DNA from: Candidatus Woesearchaeota archaeon
Lineage (GTDB): Archaea; Nanobdellota; Nanobdellia; UBA10117; GCA-020343615
Length of the DNA: 64,000 nt
NCBI GenBank assembly: GCA_020343615.1
Contig: CP070803.1
Span: forward strand, 855,273 to 919,272
Reading direction: 5' to 3'
In this document: positions 49,764 to 60,142 of the stretch, piece after piece
How positions within the stretch are numbered: position 1 is the first letter of the stretch
Layout: each line of letters begins with the position of its first letter
The notes under the pieces: model-generated
What the model saw: the letters and a program-made list of their open reading frames with translations, nothing else
What the model was told of the DNA's origin: nothing
The model's database searches: none
Made by a program: the position numbers and the translations under genes

Positions 49764-50801
49764 ATGAGAATAAAAAAATTTCAGGAAATATTAAATAAAG
49801 AAAAAATAGACGCGGCAATTCTATTTAGAGGTAACCCAAACATAAATTACTTTTCTCAGAATCCTGACATAGGTTCCTCTAGTCTGGTAATCCCTAAAGA
49901 TAAGGATCCTTTTTTCATATCTAAGAAACTACGATTTGAGAATTTAGACAATGAGGCTAAAATAAAGGGGATAAATCTGGACGGAAAACTTGGAGATTTT
50001 ATTAATAAAGGATTCTATGGGAAAACCATCGGCTTAGATAAACTTAATTTAAGCTCTCTTATTTTTGACAAATTTAAGAAAGAATGGAAAGTAAGAATTG
50101 TAGATGTTTCTAAAATTTTGAGTGAATTAAGAGTTGTAAAATCAGGTGATGAAATAGATAAAATAAGTAAGAATTGTAAAATTCTTTCAGAAACTTTTAG
50201 AGAAGTTTTAGATAACTTTGACTTCAAAACAGAAAGAGAAGTTGAGGTTGCATTGAGTAATATATCTAAAGAGAAAGGCGGTGATTTTTGCTTTAAACCA
50301 ATTGTTGCTTCAGGAGTAAACTCAGCTACACCTCATTATATGGCAAACTCTTCTAAATTAAAAAAAGGATTCTGCATAATTGATTTTGGAGTTAAATATG
50401 AGGGATATTGCTCGGATATGACGCGAACGATTTTCATAGGAAAGCCTAAGAAAGAACATTTAGAAGCATATAACAAAGTCTTAGAAGCTCATAATCTAGC
50501 TGCTGAGATTACTAAACCAGAAATGAAAGCTGAAGCTCTTCATAAGAGAATACTTGAGTACTTTGGAAAATCAAAAGATTATTTTATACATAATTTAGGT
50601 CATGGAGTAGGAATTGAAATTCATGAATTACCAAGTCTAGCTCTCGAAAGTAAAGATATCCTCAAGAAAAACAGTTGCTTTACTATAGAACCTGGATTGT
50701 ATTTTCCTAAGAAATTTGGAATAAGAATAGAAGAATTATATCTATTGAAAAACAAGGTTATTCCACTAACAGATTATAGTAAGGAGTTAAAAATTCTTTA
50801 A
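49764..50801 (+). CDS. M24 family Xaa-Pro peptidase
   Basis: DFG..Y.GY.SDMTRT and H.LGHGVG.E.HE metal-ligand blocks. Confidence 0.8.
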   Translation: MRIKKFQEILNKEKIDAAILFRGNPNINYFSQNPDIGSSSLVIPKDKDPFFISKKLRFENLDNEAKIKGINLDGKLGDFINKGFYGKTIGLDKLNLSSLIFDKFKKEWKVRIVDVSKILSELRVVKSGDEIDKISKNCKILSETFREVLDNFDFKTEREVEVALSNISKEKGGDFCFKPIVASGVNSATPHYMANSSKLKKGFCIIDFGVKYEGYCSDMTRTIFIGKPKKEHLEAYNKVLEAHNLAAEITKPEMKAEALHKRILEYFGKSKDYFIHNLGHGVGIEIHELPSLALESKDILKKNSCFTIEPGLYFPKKFGIRIEELYLLKNKVIPLTDYSKELKIL

Positions 50802-51860
50802 TTGTACTTTTCCTTTTTTCATGAAAACTTTGTCATCAACTAGAACCTCTCCTTTTTTTCTGAGGTCTTTAATCATGTCCCAGTGTATTGCTGAGTCGTT
50901 TTTTCCACCTACTTCTTTGTAAGCATGACCTAATGCTAGATGAATTGTCCCGCCAATTTTCTCATCGAAAAGAATTTGCTTTACAAATTTTTTTATGTTA
51001 TAATTCAAACCAATACCCCACTCTCCTAAAATCTTTGCACCAGAATCAGTATTGAGCATCTTTTTTAGATAATCTTCGTTTTTATCTGCAGTTGCTTTCA
51101 CAACTTTTCCTTTCTTGAATTCTAATCTAACCCCATCAACCACTTTTCCATATCTAGCTGGGAAAGAATAAGCTATTTTTCCTTCTGTTGAGTTTTCAAC
51201 TGGTGATGTAAAAACTTCACCATCTGGCATATTGTAGTGACCATCACATTTTCTTCCTATTCTTCCTCTGATACTAAAGGATATATCTGTATCTTCTCCG
51301 ATAATTCTAACATTTTTACCCTTATCTACTATTTTTTTGATTGCATCCTGCTTTTTACCTTCCTTTTTCCAATCCTGAATGCATGCTGAGAATACAAAAT
51401 TTTCGAATTCTTCAAGACTCATCTCTGCATCTTGAGCTAATGCGTTTGTAGGGTATTCAAATAATACCCAATTATTCTTTTTTATTCGAGCATCAAAAAT
51501 AGGTTTTGTTAATTTTGACCTCAAAGACATTTTTTTAGGGTCAATAGATGTTAGTTCTTGTGTATTAAAATCTCCTCCCAGGTAAATATGTCCATCTGTG
51601 TTTTTAATAATAAAATCTTCAATTATTGGATAAGTATTAAGTTGTTTTTTATTTGCTAGAGTATAATAAGCATACGCATAACCTTGAAGGTTTGGTCTCA
51701 TTACTGGAAATGCTCCGTTTTTCAAGATTAGTTTATATATCTCTAAAGCTAAAGGATTTGCTTCTGAAGTAAAGCGAACCATTATCCTGCTGTTTGGTTT
51801 AACCTTTATAGAATAGTCTACTAATATTTTTGCAATCTTCTTTATTCTCTCGTCTACCAT
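50787..51860 (-). CDS. M29 family aminopeptidase (AmpS/PepS-like)
   Basis: 357 aa with ..KIAKILVDYS.KVK.. N-terminus and ..HLALG.. C-terminal block, as in thermophilic metalloprotease M29. Confidence 0.7.
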   Translation of the reverse strand: MVDERIKKIAKILVDYSIKVKPNSRIMVRFTSEANPLALEIYKLILKNGAFPVMRPNLQGYAYAYYTLANKKQLNTYPIIEDFIIKNTDGHIYLGGDFNTQELTSIDPKKMSLRSKLTKPIFDARIKKNNWVLFEYPTNALAQDAEMSLEEFENFVFSACIQDWKKEGKKQDAIKKIVDKGKNVRIIGEDTDISFSIRGRIGRKCDGHYNMPDGEVFTSPVENSTEGKIAYSFPARYGKVVDGVRLEFKKGKVVKATADKNEDYLKKMLNTDSGAKILGEWGIGLNYNIKKFVKQILFDEKIGGTIHLALGHAYKEVGGKNDSAIHWDMIKDLRKKGEVLVDDKVFMKKGKVQLKNF

Positions 51861-51861
51861 T

Positions 51862-52773
51862 TTAGAAAATATTATTACACTTTTCTAGATTTTCTAATTT
51901 TTTGTAAGATTCGTTAATAATTTTTTGGATATCTTTTATTTCTTTGTCATTAAGATGTTTAAATCTTCTTTGCGGGGAAAGGTATTTTTTTACAGGAATT
52001 GTTTTGTCTGGTTTCATTGTGAATTTTAATTTTCCATTTTCAATTTCATATATCGGAGTAATTTTTGCTTGATACGCTAGTCTTGCCATTTCCACAGTCA
52101 TGTTTGTAGGATAGTTCCATCCCGTAGGACATGGAGCAAATACTTGAATATAAGAAGGTCCTTTATGTGCTAAACCTTTCTTTACTTTGTTTATGAAATC
52201 ATGAATATGCGCTAAACTAGCCGTTGCAACATATACATAACTTCCATGAGCTGCTACAATTAGAGGCATGTTTTTCTTTTGTTCTTGCTTTCCGTGTATC
52301 TTCTTGCCTGCTGGTGAGGTGGTTGTAGCTGCATATGGTGGAGTTGCTCCTGATCTCTGTATTCCTGTGTTCATATATGCGCCGTTGTCGTAACATATAT
52401 AACAGAATCTATGCTGTCTCTCTATGGCTCCACTTATAGCTTGTAGCCCTATATCGAATGTTGCACCGTCTCCAGCAATTACAAGTATATTTACCTTGTC
52501 TCTTTTGTTTAGTTGCTTTAATGCGCTATCAATTCCTGAGGCTATAGCAGCTGAATTTTCAAAAGCTCCATGAATATATGGAACCTTCCAAGAAGTGAAA
52601 GGATATAGTGTAGAAACTACTTCCATGCATCCTGTAGCTCCTACAACAATGGTATTTTTACCTGCTGCTCTTATTGCATGCCTTAATACAGTTGCTGGTC
52701 CACAACCTGCACATGCGTTGTTTCCGGCAGTGAATAACTCTTCTTCAGGCAATCCTTGAATCATAATAACCAC
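51862..52773 (-). CDS. 2-oxoacid:ferredoxin oxidoreductase beta subunit (PorB/VorB-like, TPP-binding)
   Basis: ..CAGCG.. N-terminal cysteines and GDG...DIG TPP motif. Confidence 0.85.
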   Translation of the reverse strand: MVIMIQGLPEEELFTAGNNACAGCGPATVLRHAIRAAGKNTIVVGATGCMEVVSTLYPFTSWKVPYIHGAFENSAAIASGIDSALKQLNKRDKVNILVIAGDGATFDIGLQAISGAIERQHRFCYICYDNGAYMNTGIQRSGATPPYAATTTSPAGKKIHGKQEQKKNMPLIVAAHGSYVYVATASLAHIHDFINKVKKGLAHKGPSYIQVFAPCPTGWNYPTNMTVEMARLAYQAKITPIYEIENGKLKFTMKPDKTIPVKKYLSPQRRFKHLNDKEIKDIQKIINESYKKLENLEKCNNIF

Positions 52774-53897
52774 TCCTTTTTTGTTTTTTTAGCCCATTCA
52801 ATTTTCTTGAATATTGTACGAATGTGCTTAGGTCTAACGTCTCTTCCTCCGAGACCTGCTATGAAAGAATGAACTGGAATATCTGCTATACTTTTTACTT
52901 CTGTAAAAACAGCTCCCTCTTGACCTACTGAGATATCTCTATCTATTACAGCCACTCCTTTGAGATTATCTAATTCTTTCTTTAGTCTTTCTTCTGGGAA
53001 AGGTCTGAATGTTTTTAATTTAATCAAACCTACGCTCTTTCCTTTTTTTCTGAATTCATCTACAACTGTTCTTATTGTTCCACATATAGTACCCATTGCA
53101 ATAATTGCAAAGTCTGCATCTTTGGTTTTGTAACCTTCTATTAAACCATCTCCGTATTTTCTTCCAATTATTTTTTTGAAATCAGAATTCGCTTTTTTAA
53201 TTAGAGGTAAGGCGCTATTCATAGCCGCATGTTGCTCTTTTTTAATCTCCATGTAAATATTAGGTGGGGCAATAGGCCCCATCGTTAAAGGTTTTTTTGG
53301 ATCTAATTTGTACTTAGGTGTATATTTTGGCAGGAAAGAATCAACTTGTTTTTGACTAGGAATATCTACAGGTTCATAAACATGAGAAAGTGTATAGCCA
53401 TCTAGGCAGACCATTGCTGGTGTTAGAATCTTATGATCTTCAGCTATCTTGTAAGCCATTATTACAGTATCCAGAGCTTCCTGTGGTGTCTCAACGTAGA
53501 ATTGCATCCATCCTGAATCCCTCGCTGAAATAGAATCCTGATGATCGTTCCATATTGATATTGGTGCTGATAGAGCTCTGTTTGCTATGGCCATTACAAC
53601 AGGTAAGCGCATTCCAGATACTACGAAAAGAATCTCATGCATTAATTCTAGGCCTTGTGAAGCTGTTGCAATGAATGTTCTAACTCCTGTTGCTTGAGCT
53701 CCTAGACATACAGAAAGAGCTGAATGTTCTGATTCTACATTAACTAATTCTGCATCAAATTCCCCATCGTAAACAAAATCAGCGATTCTCTCAGGAATCA
53801 TGGTTTGAGGAGTGATCGGATATATAGATACAACTTTGGGATTACATAGCTTTACCCCCAGTGCTATTGCTTCTGATGCAGATATTATCTTTTTCAT
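52761..53897 (-). CDS. 2-oxoacid:ferredoxin oxidoreductase alpha subunit (PorA/VorA-like)
   Basis: 378 aa with ..YPITPQT.. and ..E.EHSA.. blocks. Confidence 0.85.
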   Translation of the reverse strand: MKKIISASEAIALGVKLCNPKVVSIYPITPQTMIPERIADFVYDGEFDAELVNVESEHSALSVCLGAQATGVRTFIATASQGLELMHEILFVVSGMRLPVVMAIANRALSAPISIWNDHQDSISARDSGWMQFYVETPQEALDTVIMAYKIAEDHKILTPAMVCLDGYTLSHVYEPVDIPSQKQVDSFLPKYTPKYKLDPKKPLTMGPIAPPNIYMEIKKEQHAAMNSALPLIKKANSDFKKIIGRKYGDGLIEGYKTKDADFAIIAMGTICGTIRTVVDEFRKKGKSVGLIKLKTFRPFPEERLKKELDNLKGVAVIDRDISVGQEGAVFTEVKSIADIPVHSFIAGLGGRDVRPKHIRTIFKKIEWAKKTKKEWLL

Positions 53898-54202
53898 TTT
53901 ACTTCTTTATTTATCCATTCAAGATAATGAGGATCAACTTCTTCTACATCTATGCATTCTATACTTGGAACTCCGTAAGAATGAAGTTTTTTAATTACTT
54001 CCATCACCTCTCCGACTCTTTCATCTTTTGTTTTACAAATCATCATAATTTCTTCATCTACGTTTATTCTTTCTTGCCACCAGTATATACTCCTAATCTT
54101 CGGAATTATATTTACACAAGCTACTAATCTTTGTTTCACTAATTCTTCTCCTATCTCTTTTGCTTCCTTCTGGTCTTTTAGTGTGCTCATAATTATTTTC
54201 AT
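53894..54202 (-). CDS. cutA: CutA1 divalent-cation tolerance protein
   Basis: 102 aa with ..LV..RL.ACVN......S.Y.W......DEE......KT.. pattern. Confidence 0.75.
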   Translation of the reverse strand: MKIIMSTLKDQKEAKEIGEELVKQRLVACVNIIPKIRSIYWWQERINVDEEIMMICKTKDERVGEVMEVIKKLHSYGVPSIECIDVEEVDPHYLEWINKEVK

Positions 54203-54315
54203 TTTTCTTCTATAACTGTCTTCTTGTCAGCTTTTTCTATAAACGTGTTAAGGTCGGTACTAACCCATCCGAATTCTCTAAAAAGTTTTTTTAAGTCCTT
54301 GTTTTCTTCTTCCAT
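54199..54315 (-). CDS. 38-aa ORF translationally coupled on both sides, not in ORF track
   Basis: MEEENKDLKKLFREFGWVSTDLNTFIEKADKKTVIEEK. Its ATG overlaps the delta-subunit stop (TAATG) and its TGA overlaps the cutA ATG (ATGA). Confidence 0.35.
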   Translation of the reverse strand: MEEENKDLKKLFREFGWVSTDLNTFIEKADKKTVIEEK

Positions 54316-54569
54316 TATTTTTCCTCCTTAATCATTTTTATTGCCTTAGCTGGGCACTCATATGCACAAATACCACAACCTTTACAGTAGTCATAATCTA
54401 CTGTTATTTTTCCTTTTTTTAGATATATAGCTACAGCGGGACACTGAAGCCAGCAAGTTCCACATTTAATACATTTTTTTTGATCTATTATTGGGCGCAT
54501 GGCTCTCCATCCGCCTGTTTTGTTCCTTATACTGCTTCCTGGCTTGTCTATTACTGCTCCTTCTTTCAT
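54315..54569 (-). CDS. 2-oxoacid:ferredoxin oxidoreductase delta subunit (2x[4Fe-4S] ferredoxin-like)
   Basis: CIKCGTCWLQCP and CKGCGICAYECP cluster motifs. Confidence 0.8.
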   Translation of the reverse strand: MKEGAVIDKPGSSIRNKTGGWRAMRPIIDQKKCIKCGTCWLQCPAVAIYLKKGKITVDYDYCKGCGICAYECPAKAIKMIKEEK

Positions 54570-55087
54570 TTTTCTATAAACTCTTCAGTATCATAAAATT
54601 CAATTTCCGGCCTTGTATTTTTAAGGTCCTCAAATGTGAATTCTTGTAGTTCATCTGAAAAAGCAATACAGCAATCTTTGATCACTGTGATCTTATAATC
54701 TTTATCGTAAGCATCGGATATTAAACTTCTAACACATAAGTTGGTTGATATCCCTGCTATGATTAATTCTTTTGCCCCTAACTTGTCTAATTTTTTCTCT
54801 AATTGTGTCTTGTAAAAAGGTGAAATTTTATTCTTTCTAATTAGAGTATCTTTTCCTTCTTTATAATCAACTTTTGGGATTATCTCTACATTTCTAGTTC
54901 CTTTTACAAAGTCCTTCTCTGATTTTAATTCTATGTGTGTTGTAAAAATAATAGGAGTATCCCTATCTCTACAATAACCAATTACTTCATTTAAATTCTT
55001 AATTTGTTTGGAAATGTTTCCCACATAGTAATCTGATTTTTTGTTTATCCATTGGTTTATATAATCTACTATTATTAAAGCTTTCAT
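54566..55087 (-). CDS. isochorismatase-family cysteine hydrolase (nicotinamidase-like)
   Basis: ALIIVD (Asp), ..RKNK.. (Lys) and GISTNLCV (Cys) catalytic triad pattern. Confidence 0.7.
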   Translation of the reverse strand: MKALIIVDYINQWINKKSDYYVGNISKQIKNLNEVIGYCRDRDTPIIFTTHIELKSEKDFVKGTRNVEIIPKVDYKEGKDTLIRKNKISPFYKTQLEKKLDKLGAKELIIAGISTNLCVRSLISDAYDKDYKITVIKDCCIAFSDELQEFTFEDLKNTRPEIEFYDTEEFIEK

Positions 55088-55638
55088 TTTAACTTTTCAT
55101 AAACCTCCTTTATTGCTTGCTTATTTTTTTCTATCATACCTTTCCTTCCTGCAAATCTATCCTCTACTGCCCTATTCAGAGATTTTAAGTCTATGATATC
55201 AGATACGGCTGCTAATGCACCAAGCATAGCAGTATTCACTATGTCTCTTCCAAAGATCTTTAGAGCTATAGCAGTTGCATCAACATGATATGTGGTAAAG
55301 CCATTTGGTTTAGTCTTCTTTGAAGAGTTGATAATTATGAAGCCATTTTTCTTTAAACCTTTGGTAACGTCGACTGATGATAAAAGTGAGGGATCCAGAA
55401 CAATAACAATATCTGGTCTGTACACTGCTGATCTGATTAATATTGTTTTAGTATCTATCCTCGTAAATGATTCTACAGGAGCGCCCCTTCTCTCTGTACC
55501 GAATCTTGGGAACGCTTGGCTTTTTTTACCCTTATAAAAAGCTGCTATTGCAAGAATTTGAGCCGCTGTAACTGCTCCTTGACCACCACGACCATGTATT
55601 CTAATCTCGTACATTTTCATTAGATGACAAGTTTCCAA
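55084..55638 (-). CDS. 2-oxoacid:ferredoxin oxidoreductase gamma subunit (PorG/VorG-like)
   Basis: IRIHGRGGQGAVTAAQILA signature. The true start may be one of the internal Met codons near the N-terminus. Confidence 0.85.
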   Translation of the reverse strand: METCHLMKMYEIRIHGRGGQGAVTAAQILAIAAFYKGKKSQAFPRFGTERRGAPVESFTRIDTKTILIRSAVYRPDIVIVLDPSLLSSVDVTKGLKKNGFIIINSSKKTKPNGFTTYHVDATAIALKIFGRDIVNTAMLGALAAVSDIIDLKSLNRAVEDRFAGRKGMIEKNKQAIKEVYEKLK

Positions 55639-55698
55639 ATAAAAAGATTTGTATGCTAAAAAACAAGTAAAAGCAATTACGGTATAGGGATAACTATA

Positions 55699-56229
55699 CT
55701 ACTTCATAAATTCATCTATATATTTATAGAGGTCTTTGAAATCAGAGTTATTTTCTATGACTTTATCAGCTAATTCTATAACCTTTCCTAAACCTTTTAG
55801 TTCTTTATCTCTTTTATCTCTTTCAAAAAATTCTTCTTCAGTCTGAGGATCTTCCTTTCTTCTTCGTTTCCATCTTAATTCAGGATCAGTTCTTATTTCA
55901 ACTAATGTAAAATCATCAACATGGTTTCGAATATAATCTACTTCTTCTGGGCTTCTAAAATTAGTAATTACAATCTTATCTTTCTTTGATTTATTTATTT
56001 TATTTAGAATTTTTATTGCTAGTCCACCCATACCGTGCTTTTTTCTATAGTCGTCTCCGATTTTAGATAAATTCATTTTAGTAGGCTCTATTTTTTTCTT
56101 CTTCGCTTCTTCTATTAGAATATCACTAAAGCTAAGAACTTCAAAATTGTATTTCTCTTTGAGATAGTTGCCTACTGTATCCTTACCGGCACTAGCCATG
56201 CCAGTGATGCCTAATACTTTCTTTTCCAT
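55699..56229 (-). CDS. P-loop nucleotide kinase (dephospho-CoA-kinase/UPF0200-like)
   Basis: ITGMASAGKDTV Walker A near the N-terminus. 176 aa. Confidence 0.5.
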   Translation of the reverse strand: MEKKVLGITGMASAGKDTVGNYLKEKYNFEVLSFSDILIEEAKKKKIEPTKMNLSKIGDDYRKKHGMGGLAIKILNKINKSKKDKIVITNFRSPEEVDYIRNHVDDFTLVEIRTDPELRWKRRRKEDPQTEEEFFERDKRDKELKGLGKVIELADKVIENNSDFKDLYKYIDEFMK

Positions 56230-57382
56230 ATTTTAATATGTTAGTGAGATATGTGGACGCTAATAGTGTCCCAATAATTCCTATTACACTCATAATCTTA
56301 AATAATGTTTCGATGTTTAAAAATTGAACTATCACTCCACTTACTATAAAACCGAAAAAAGCACCAATTTTAGCAATAGAAATATAGGACCCTACTACGC
56401 TTCCTTCCCTCTTCATTTTTTCTCCAACAGTTGACATTAGACTCCATGCTGAGACATTCCACATAGCTCCACCAGTACCAATTATTCCTAAGATTAAGAT
56501 TAAAAGAGGATACGAACCTGCAGTTGCTACAAAGAATAAACCTCCAATTCTTAATGCTATTCCGATTAATACAGTTCTATTTGCTCCATAAGTATCTGAT
56601 AAATTTCCGAATACTCCTTGAAGTAAATGTGTGATTCCAAATACAAACATTGCAAAACCAATATAACTATAGGTTAGATTGTATTTTTGAATTATTAGTA
56701 GAGGTAAGAAAACTAATTCAGCGGAATTAGCAAAATGAGCAGTTATTCCTAAAATAGCCATACCTTTAAGTTCTCTAGCGGAAATAAAATTTCTAAGTTC
56801 TTGTAGTATATGTATTCTTTGTCTTTTAATTTTGATAGTATGTGAGCTCTCTTTATAGAAAAATAAAACTAAAATAAGTAAGAGAAAAATAGCTAATATG
56901 AATGGTGCTTTAACAAAAAATCTATCTGCTATGATTCCTCCGACTAGAGGAGCAACAAGTATTCCTACAGAATTCATACTTAAGGACCATCCTGTAAACT
57001 TTCCTCTTTTGGTATCATCTACTAAATCTGAAATTCTGGCTATAACAATTAATTGTACGCAACCTATTGCTACAGCGTCAAAAATTCTACCTAGAACTAT
57101 GAAAATCCATGGTGTCCCAACCATATAGAAAAAAATAGCGACTATTTCTAGAGCGAAACCGATGATTATAACTCTCTTTCTACCTACTTGGTCAGATAAC
57201 TTACCAAAATATACTGAAGAAAATATTAAGGCTAATGGGAAAACTGAAAAAAACAATGATAATTGAATTGGGTTGAATCCAAAGCTTTCAATATAAGGGG
57301 CTAAAACCGGTTGTAGTAAATAAACTGTGCTTAGAAAATAAGTACCTATTCCAGTTACTCTTAAATAATCTTTATAATGCAT
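56192..57382 (-). CDS. MFS transporter
   Basis: 396 aa with 12 predicted TM helices and G.LSD..GRK motif between TM2 and TM3. Confidence 0.8.
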   Translation of the reverse strand: MHYKDYLRVTGIGTYFLSTVYLLQPVLAPYIESFGFNPIQLSLFFSVFPLALIFSSVYFGKLSDQVGRKRVIIIGFALEIVAIFFYMVGTPWIFIVLGRIFDAVAIGCVQLIVIARISDLVDDTKRGKFTGWSLSMNSVGILVAPLVGGIIADRFFVKAPFILAIFLLLILVLFFYKESSHTIKIKRQRIHILQELRNFISARELKGMAILGITAHFANSAELVFLPLLIIQKYNLTYSYIGFAMFVFGITHLLQGVFGNLSDTYGANRTVLIGIALRIGGLFFVATAGSYPLLILILGIIGTGGAMWNVSAWSLMSTVGEKMKREGSVVGSYISIAKIGAFFGFIVSGVIVQFLNIETLFKIMSVIGIIGTLLASTYLTNILKYGKESIRHHWHG

Positions 57383-57579
57383 TATGCTTTCTCTATCTTA
57401 ATACATTGAACTGGGCAAACTTGTGCTGCTTTTTCATTACAACCAACTTCATTTAACTCTGTCTTCTTTGGTTTAGATTTTCCATCGTCTTTTATTTCCC
57501 AGTTAACGGGACAAACTGCTACACAAGAACCGCATCCGATACACTTTTCTCTGTCCATAATAATTTTTACCTTTGCCAT
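57382..57579 (-). CDS. small [4Fe-4S] ferredoxin
   Basis: 65 aa with CIGCGSCVAVCP plus a distal C...CP motif. Confidence 0.75.
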   Translation of the reverse strand: MAKVKIIMDREKCIGCGSCVAVCPVNWEIKDDGKSKPKKTELNEVGCNEKAAQVCPVQCIKIEKA

Positions 57580-57638
57580 AATAATTAATATTATAATACC
57601 TCAATATTTAAATATTATTTGGGTATCATATAGTTAAA

Positions 57639-58226
57639 ATGGAAGATTCAAAATTTAGTCTAGAAAGTAAATTAAAAGCCATGAATCCTGAAGAAAGAGA
57701 AAAAGTAGTAGAAGAGATAAAGAAGAAGGCAATCCAAGATTGTATTTTCTGTAAGATACTTCGTGGAGAAATCCCTGCTAAGAAAGTGTTTGAAAGTGAA
57801 GATGTTCTATCTTTTTTAGACATAAATCCAGTAAATCCAGGTCATACTCTAGTGATTCCTAAGAAGCATTATCTTTTCATAACTCAAATTCCTGATGGTG
57901 AATTATCAGCACTTATGTCTGTAGTTAAGAAAATAGCTGGAGTCGTATTAGACGCTACAAAAGCAGAAGGTATCACTATATCTCAATTAAATGGGAAGGC
58001 TGCAGGACAAATTGTTCCTCATGTTCACTTTCATATAATCCCAAGATATGAAAATGATAAAATGGATAACCATTGGCCCACTCAGAAACTCGATGATGAA
58101 CAATTTAATAACATTCAAAGAAAGATTATTGAGTTAGTAAAAAAACTCTACGAACCTAAAGAAAATACAGAGGAGAAGGTTGAAGATGAGGATGAGGAAT
58201 ACGAGTTTAAGCCTCGCCTTCCTTAG
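57639..58226 (+). CDS. HIT-family nucleotide hydrolase/transferase
   Basis: Histidine triad HVHFHIIPR, with an acidic C-terminal tail. Confidence 0.8.
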   Translation: MEDSKFSLESKLKAMNPEEREKVVEEIKKKAIQDCIFCKILRGEIPAKKVFESEDVLSFLDINPVNPGHTLVIPKKHYLFITQIPDGELSALMSVVKKIAGVVLDATKAEGITISQLNGKAAGQIVPHVHFHIIPRYENDKMDNHWPTQKLDDEQFNNIQRKIIELVKKLYEPKENTEEKVEDEDEEYEFKPRLP

Positions 58227-59128
58227 TATAGTACTGTTGTGAAAAGCTTAAAGAGAATATCTCCAAAAATTAAGCTAAAAAGAATTCCTGCTAAAAACGC
58301 GGGTAAAAAAGGAAGACCTTCTTTTATGATCACTTCTTTTAGTTTACCTTTCTTTTCCAATTCTACAAGTCTTTTTATGTCCTTTATTTCTATACCTGTT
58401 CTTTTTTGCTTGTAGATTATCTCTTTGTCAACTTTTACGTCTTTAGCTATCCAGTCTCCTTCTGTTAGTTGTGATGGTTTGATTTTTTTAAACATTGATA
58501 TCTTCTCAACAGCCATGGATAAAATTAAACTATAAAATAATAGGATAACCATGGTCCATAAGAAAACTATGATGCCTGAGAACTCTCTAAAGAAAAGCAA
58601 AGCTAAGAAAATTAATATCGCTGATGATAGTAGAACTGCTCTTGTTATAATTATACTCTTTCTCTTTAGTATCAGTACAATCTCTTTTCTAACTTTTTCC
58701 CAGTTTTTTACTGCTTTATAACCTGTGTATAGGATACCTAAAATGGCTCCGAATAAGAGAGTATTAAAAAATAGAGTAATAACAAATGGCCATTCTGCTA
58801 TCGTTGGATTGAGTAACTTAAGAAAAGTTTGTGGATAAATTGGCATTAGAGCACCTAAGCCTACTAAGAACTTAGCGTCTCCTCCTCCCCAGCTCCCAGT
58901 GTAATACATTACATTAGCAACTATAAAAAATATGAAGGCTACTGTTGCAGAACAGAGTAGAGGCTTAGGAGAATTCTGTATCAGAGAAATTATAGCGTGC
59001 CCTAGCAAACCAGTTATGATCAGAAAATAGTTTATCCAATCTGGAACTTCTCTTCTCTTAAAATCAGTGTATACTGCTGTTATACTGCCGAGTATCAGGA
59101 TGCTCACGAAAAAAATATCTGCAAACAT
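58223..59128 (-). CDS. A24-family prepilin/preflagellin peptidase
   Basis: Polytopic. First Asp in ..REVPDW.. and second in GGGDAKF (GxGD motif). Confidence 0.7.
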   Translation of the reverse strand: MFADIFFVSILILGSITAVYTDFKRREVPDWINYFLIITGLLGHAIISLIQNSPKPLLCSATVAFIFFIVANVMYYTGSWGGGDAKFLVGLGALMPIYPQTFLKLLNPTIAEWPFVITLFFNTLLFGAILGILYTGYKAVKNWEKVRKEIVLILKRKSIIITRAVLLSSAILIFLALLFFREFSGIIVFLWTMVILLFYSLILSMAVEKISMFKKIKPSQLTEGDWIAKDVKVDKEIIYKQKRTGIEIKDIKRLVELEKKGKLKEVIIKEGLPFLPAFLAGILFSLIFGDILFKLFTTVLY

Positions 59129-59165
59129 AGAAATAAAATTAAAAAGTGAAGATATAAAAATTATT

Positions 59166-60140
59166 CTACTTTTGTTCCAGGTCTTCGATTCCTTTTGTAG
59201 ATACCTGGAAGACTGCTTCTCCTTCAGGCAGGTATGGTGAATCTATTAACCTAGCTATTCTCTTGCCAGCTTTACCTTTTCTTAAGTAGACTCTGAATTT
59301 CGAAGCGTGACCTAAAATATGTCCGCCTACAGCTGCTGTAGGGTCACCAAAGAACATATCAGGTTTTGCCATAACCTGGTTTGTTACAAATACTGCGGCA
59401 TTGTAAACTTCAGCAATTCTCTGAAGATCTCTTAAATGTAGATTCAACTTTTGCTGTCTTTCAGCCAATGTTCCTCTTCCAGAGTACTCTACTCTGAAAA
59501 GAGCCATCAAAGAATCAACAACTACTAGACGAATATTATTCTCTTTCTTCTTCACTAATTTTTCTGCTTTCTCTGCAAGAAGTATTTGATGATCAGTTGT
59601 ATAAGCTCTTGCTACTCTTATGTTTTTTAAGACCTTGTCAGGATCCAGTCCTACGTTTTCAGCCATTTGTTTTATTCTTTCAGGTCTGAATGCTTTTTCT
59701 GTATCAATGTAAATTGCACTGCCTCCTAAGCCGCCTTTTTCTACAGGTAGCTGGCAGTTTACACATAACTGCATACCTATCTGTGATTTTCCTGAGCCAA
59801 ATTCTCCGAAAGCCTCGAATATATTCTGTGTTTCTATGCCTCCGCCAATTAACTTGTTAAGCTCATCACTTCCTGTGGTTAACTTCTGAGCTTGCTTTAT
59901 GATTTCTAGAACTTCATCTCCGGTCTTGAAACCCATATTCAAACTATCTCTTGCTATTTTGATTATCTTTTCTGCTGTTGCTTCACCCAAACCACCAATA
60001 TCTGCTAGCTCCTTTAAGGGAGCCACAGCTATTGCAGTCAGAGAATCATAACCTGCTTCCTTGAGTTTTTCTGCTGATTTAGCGCCTATTCCGGGCAAAT
60101 CCTCAATTGATTTTTCCGTTTCTAATTTTTCTTTTGCCAT
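59166..60140 (-). CDS. radA: DNA repair and recombination protein RadA
   Basis: N-terminal HhH (LPGIG...A.KL..AGY), Walker [10 protein letters not shown] and Walker B LVVVDS. Confidence 0.9.
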   Translation of the reverse strand: MAKEKLETEKSIEDLPGIGAKSAEKLKEAGYDSLTAIAVAPLKELADIGGLGEATAEKIIKIARDSLNMGFKTGDEVLEIIKQAQKLTTGSDELNKLIGGGIETQNIFEAFGEFGSGKSQIGMQLCVNCQLPVEKGGLGGSAIYIDTEKAFRPERIKQMAENVGLDPDKVLKNIRVARAYTTDHQILLAEKAEKLVKKKENNIRLVVVDSLMALFRVEYSGRGTLAERQQKLNLHLRDLQRIAEVYNAAVFVTNQVMAKPDMFFGDPTAAVGGHILGHASKFRVYLRKGKAGKRIARLIDSPYLPEGEAVFQVSTKGIEDLEQK

Positions 60141-60142
60141 TT

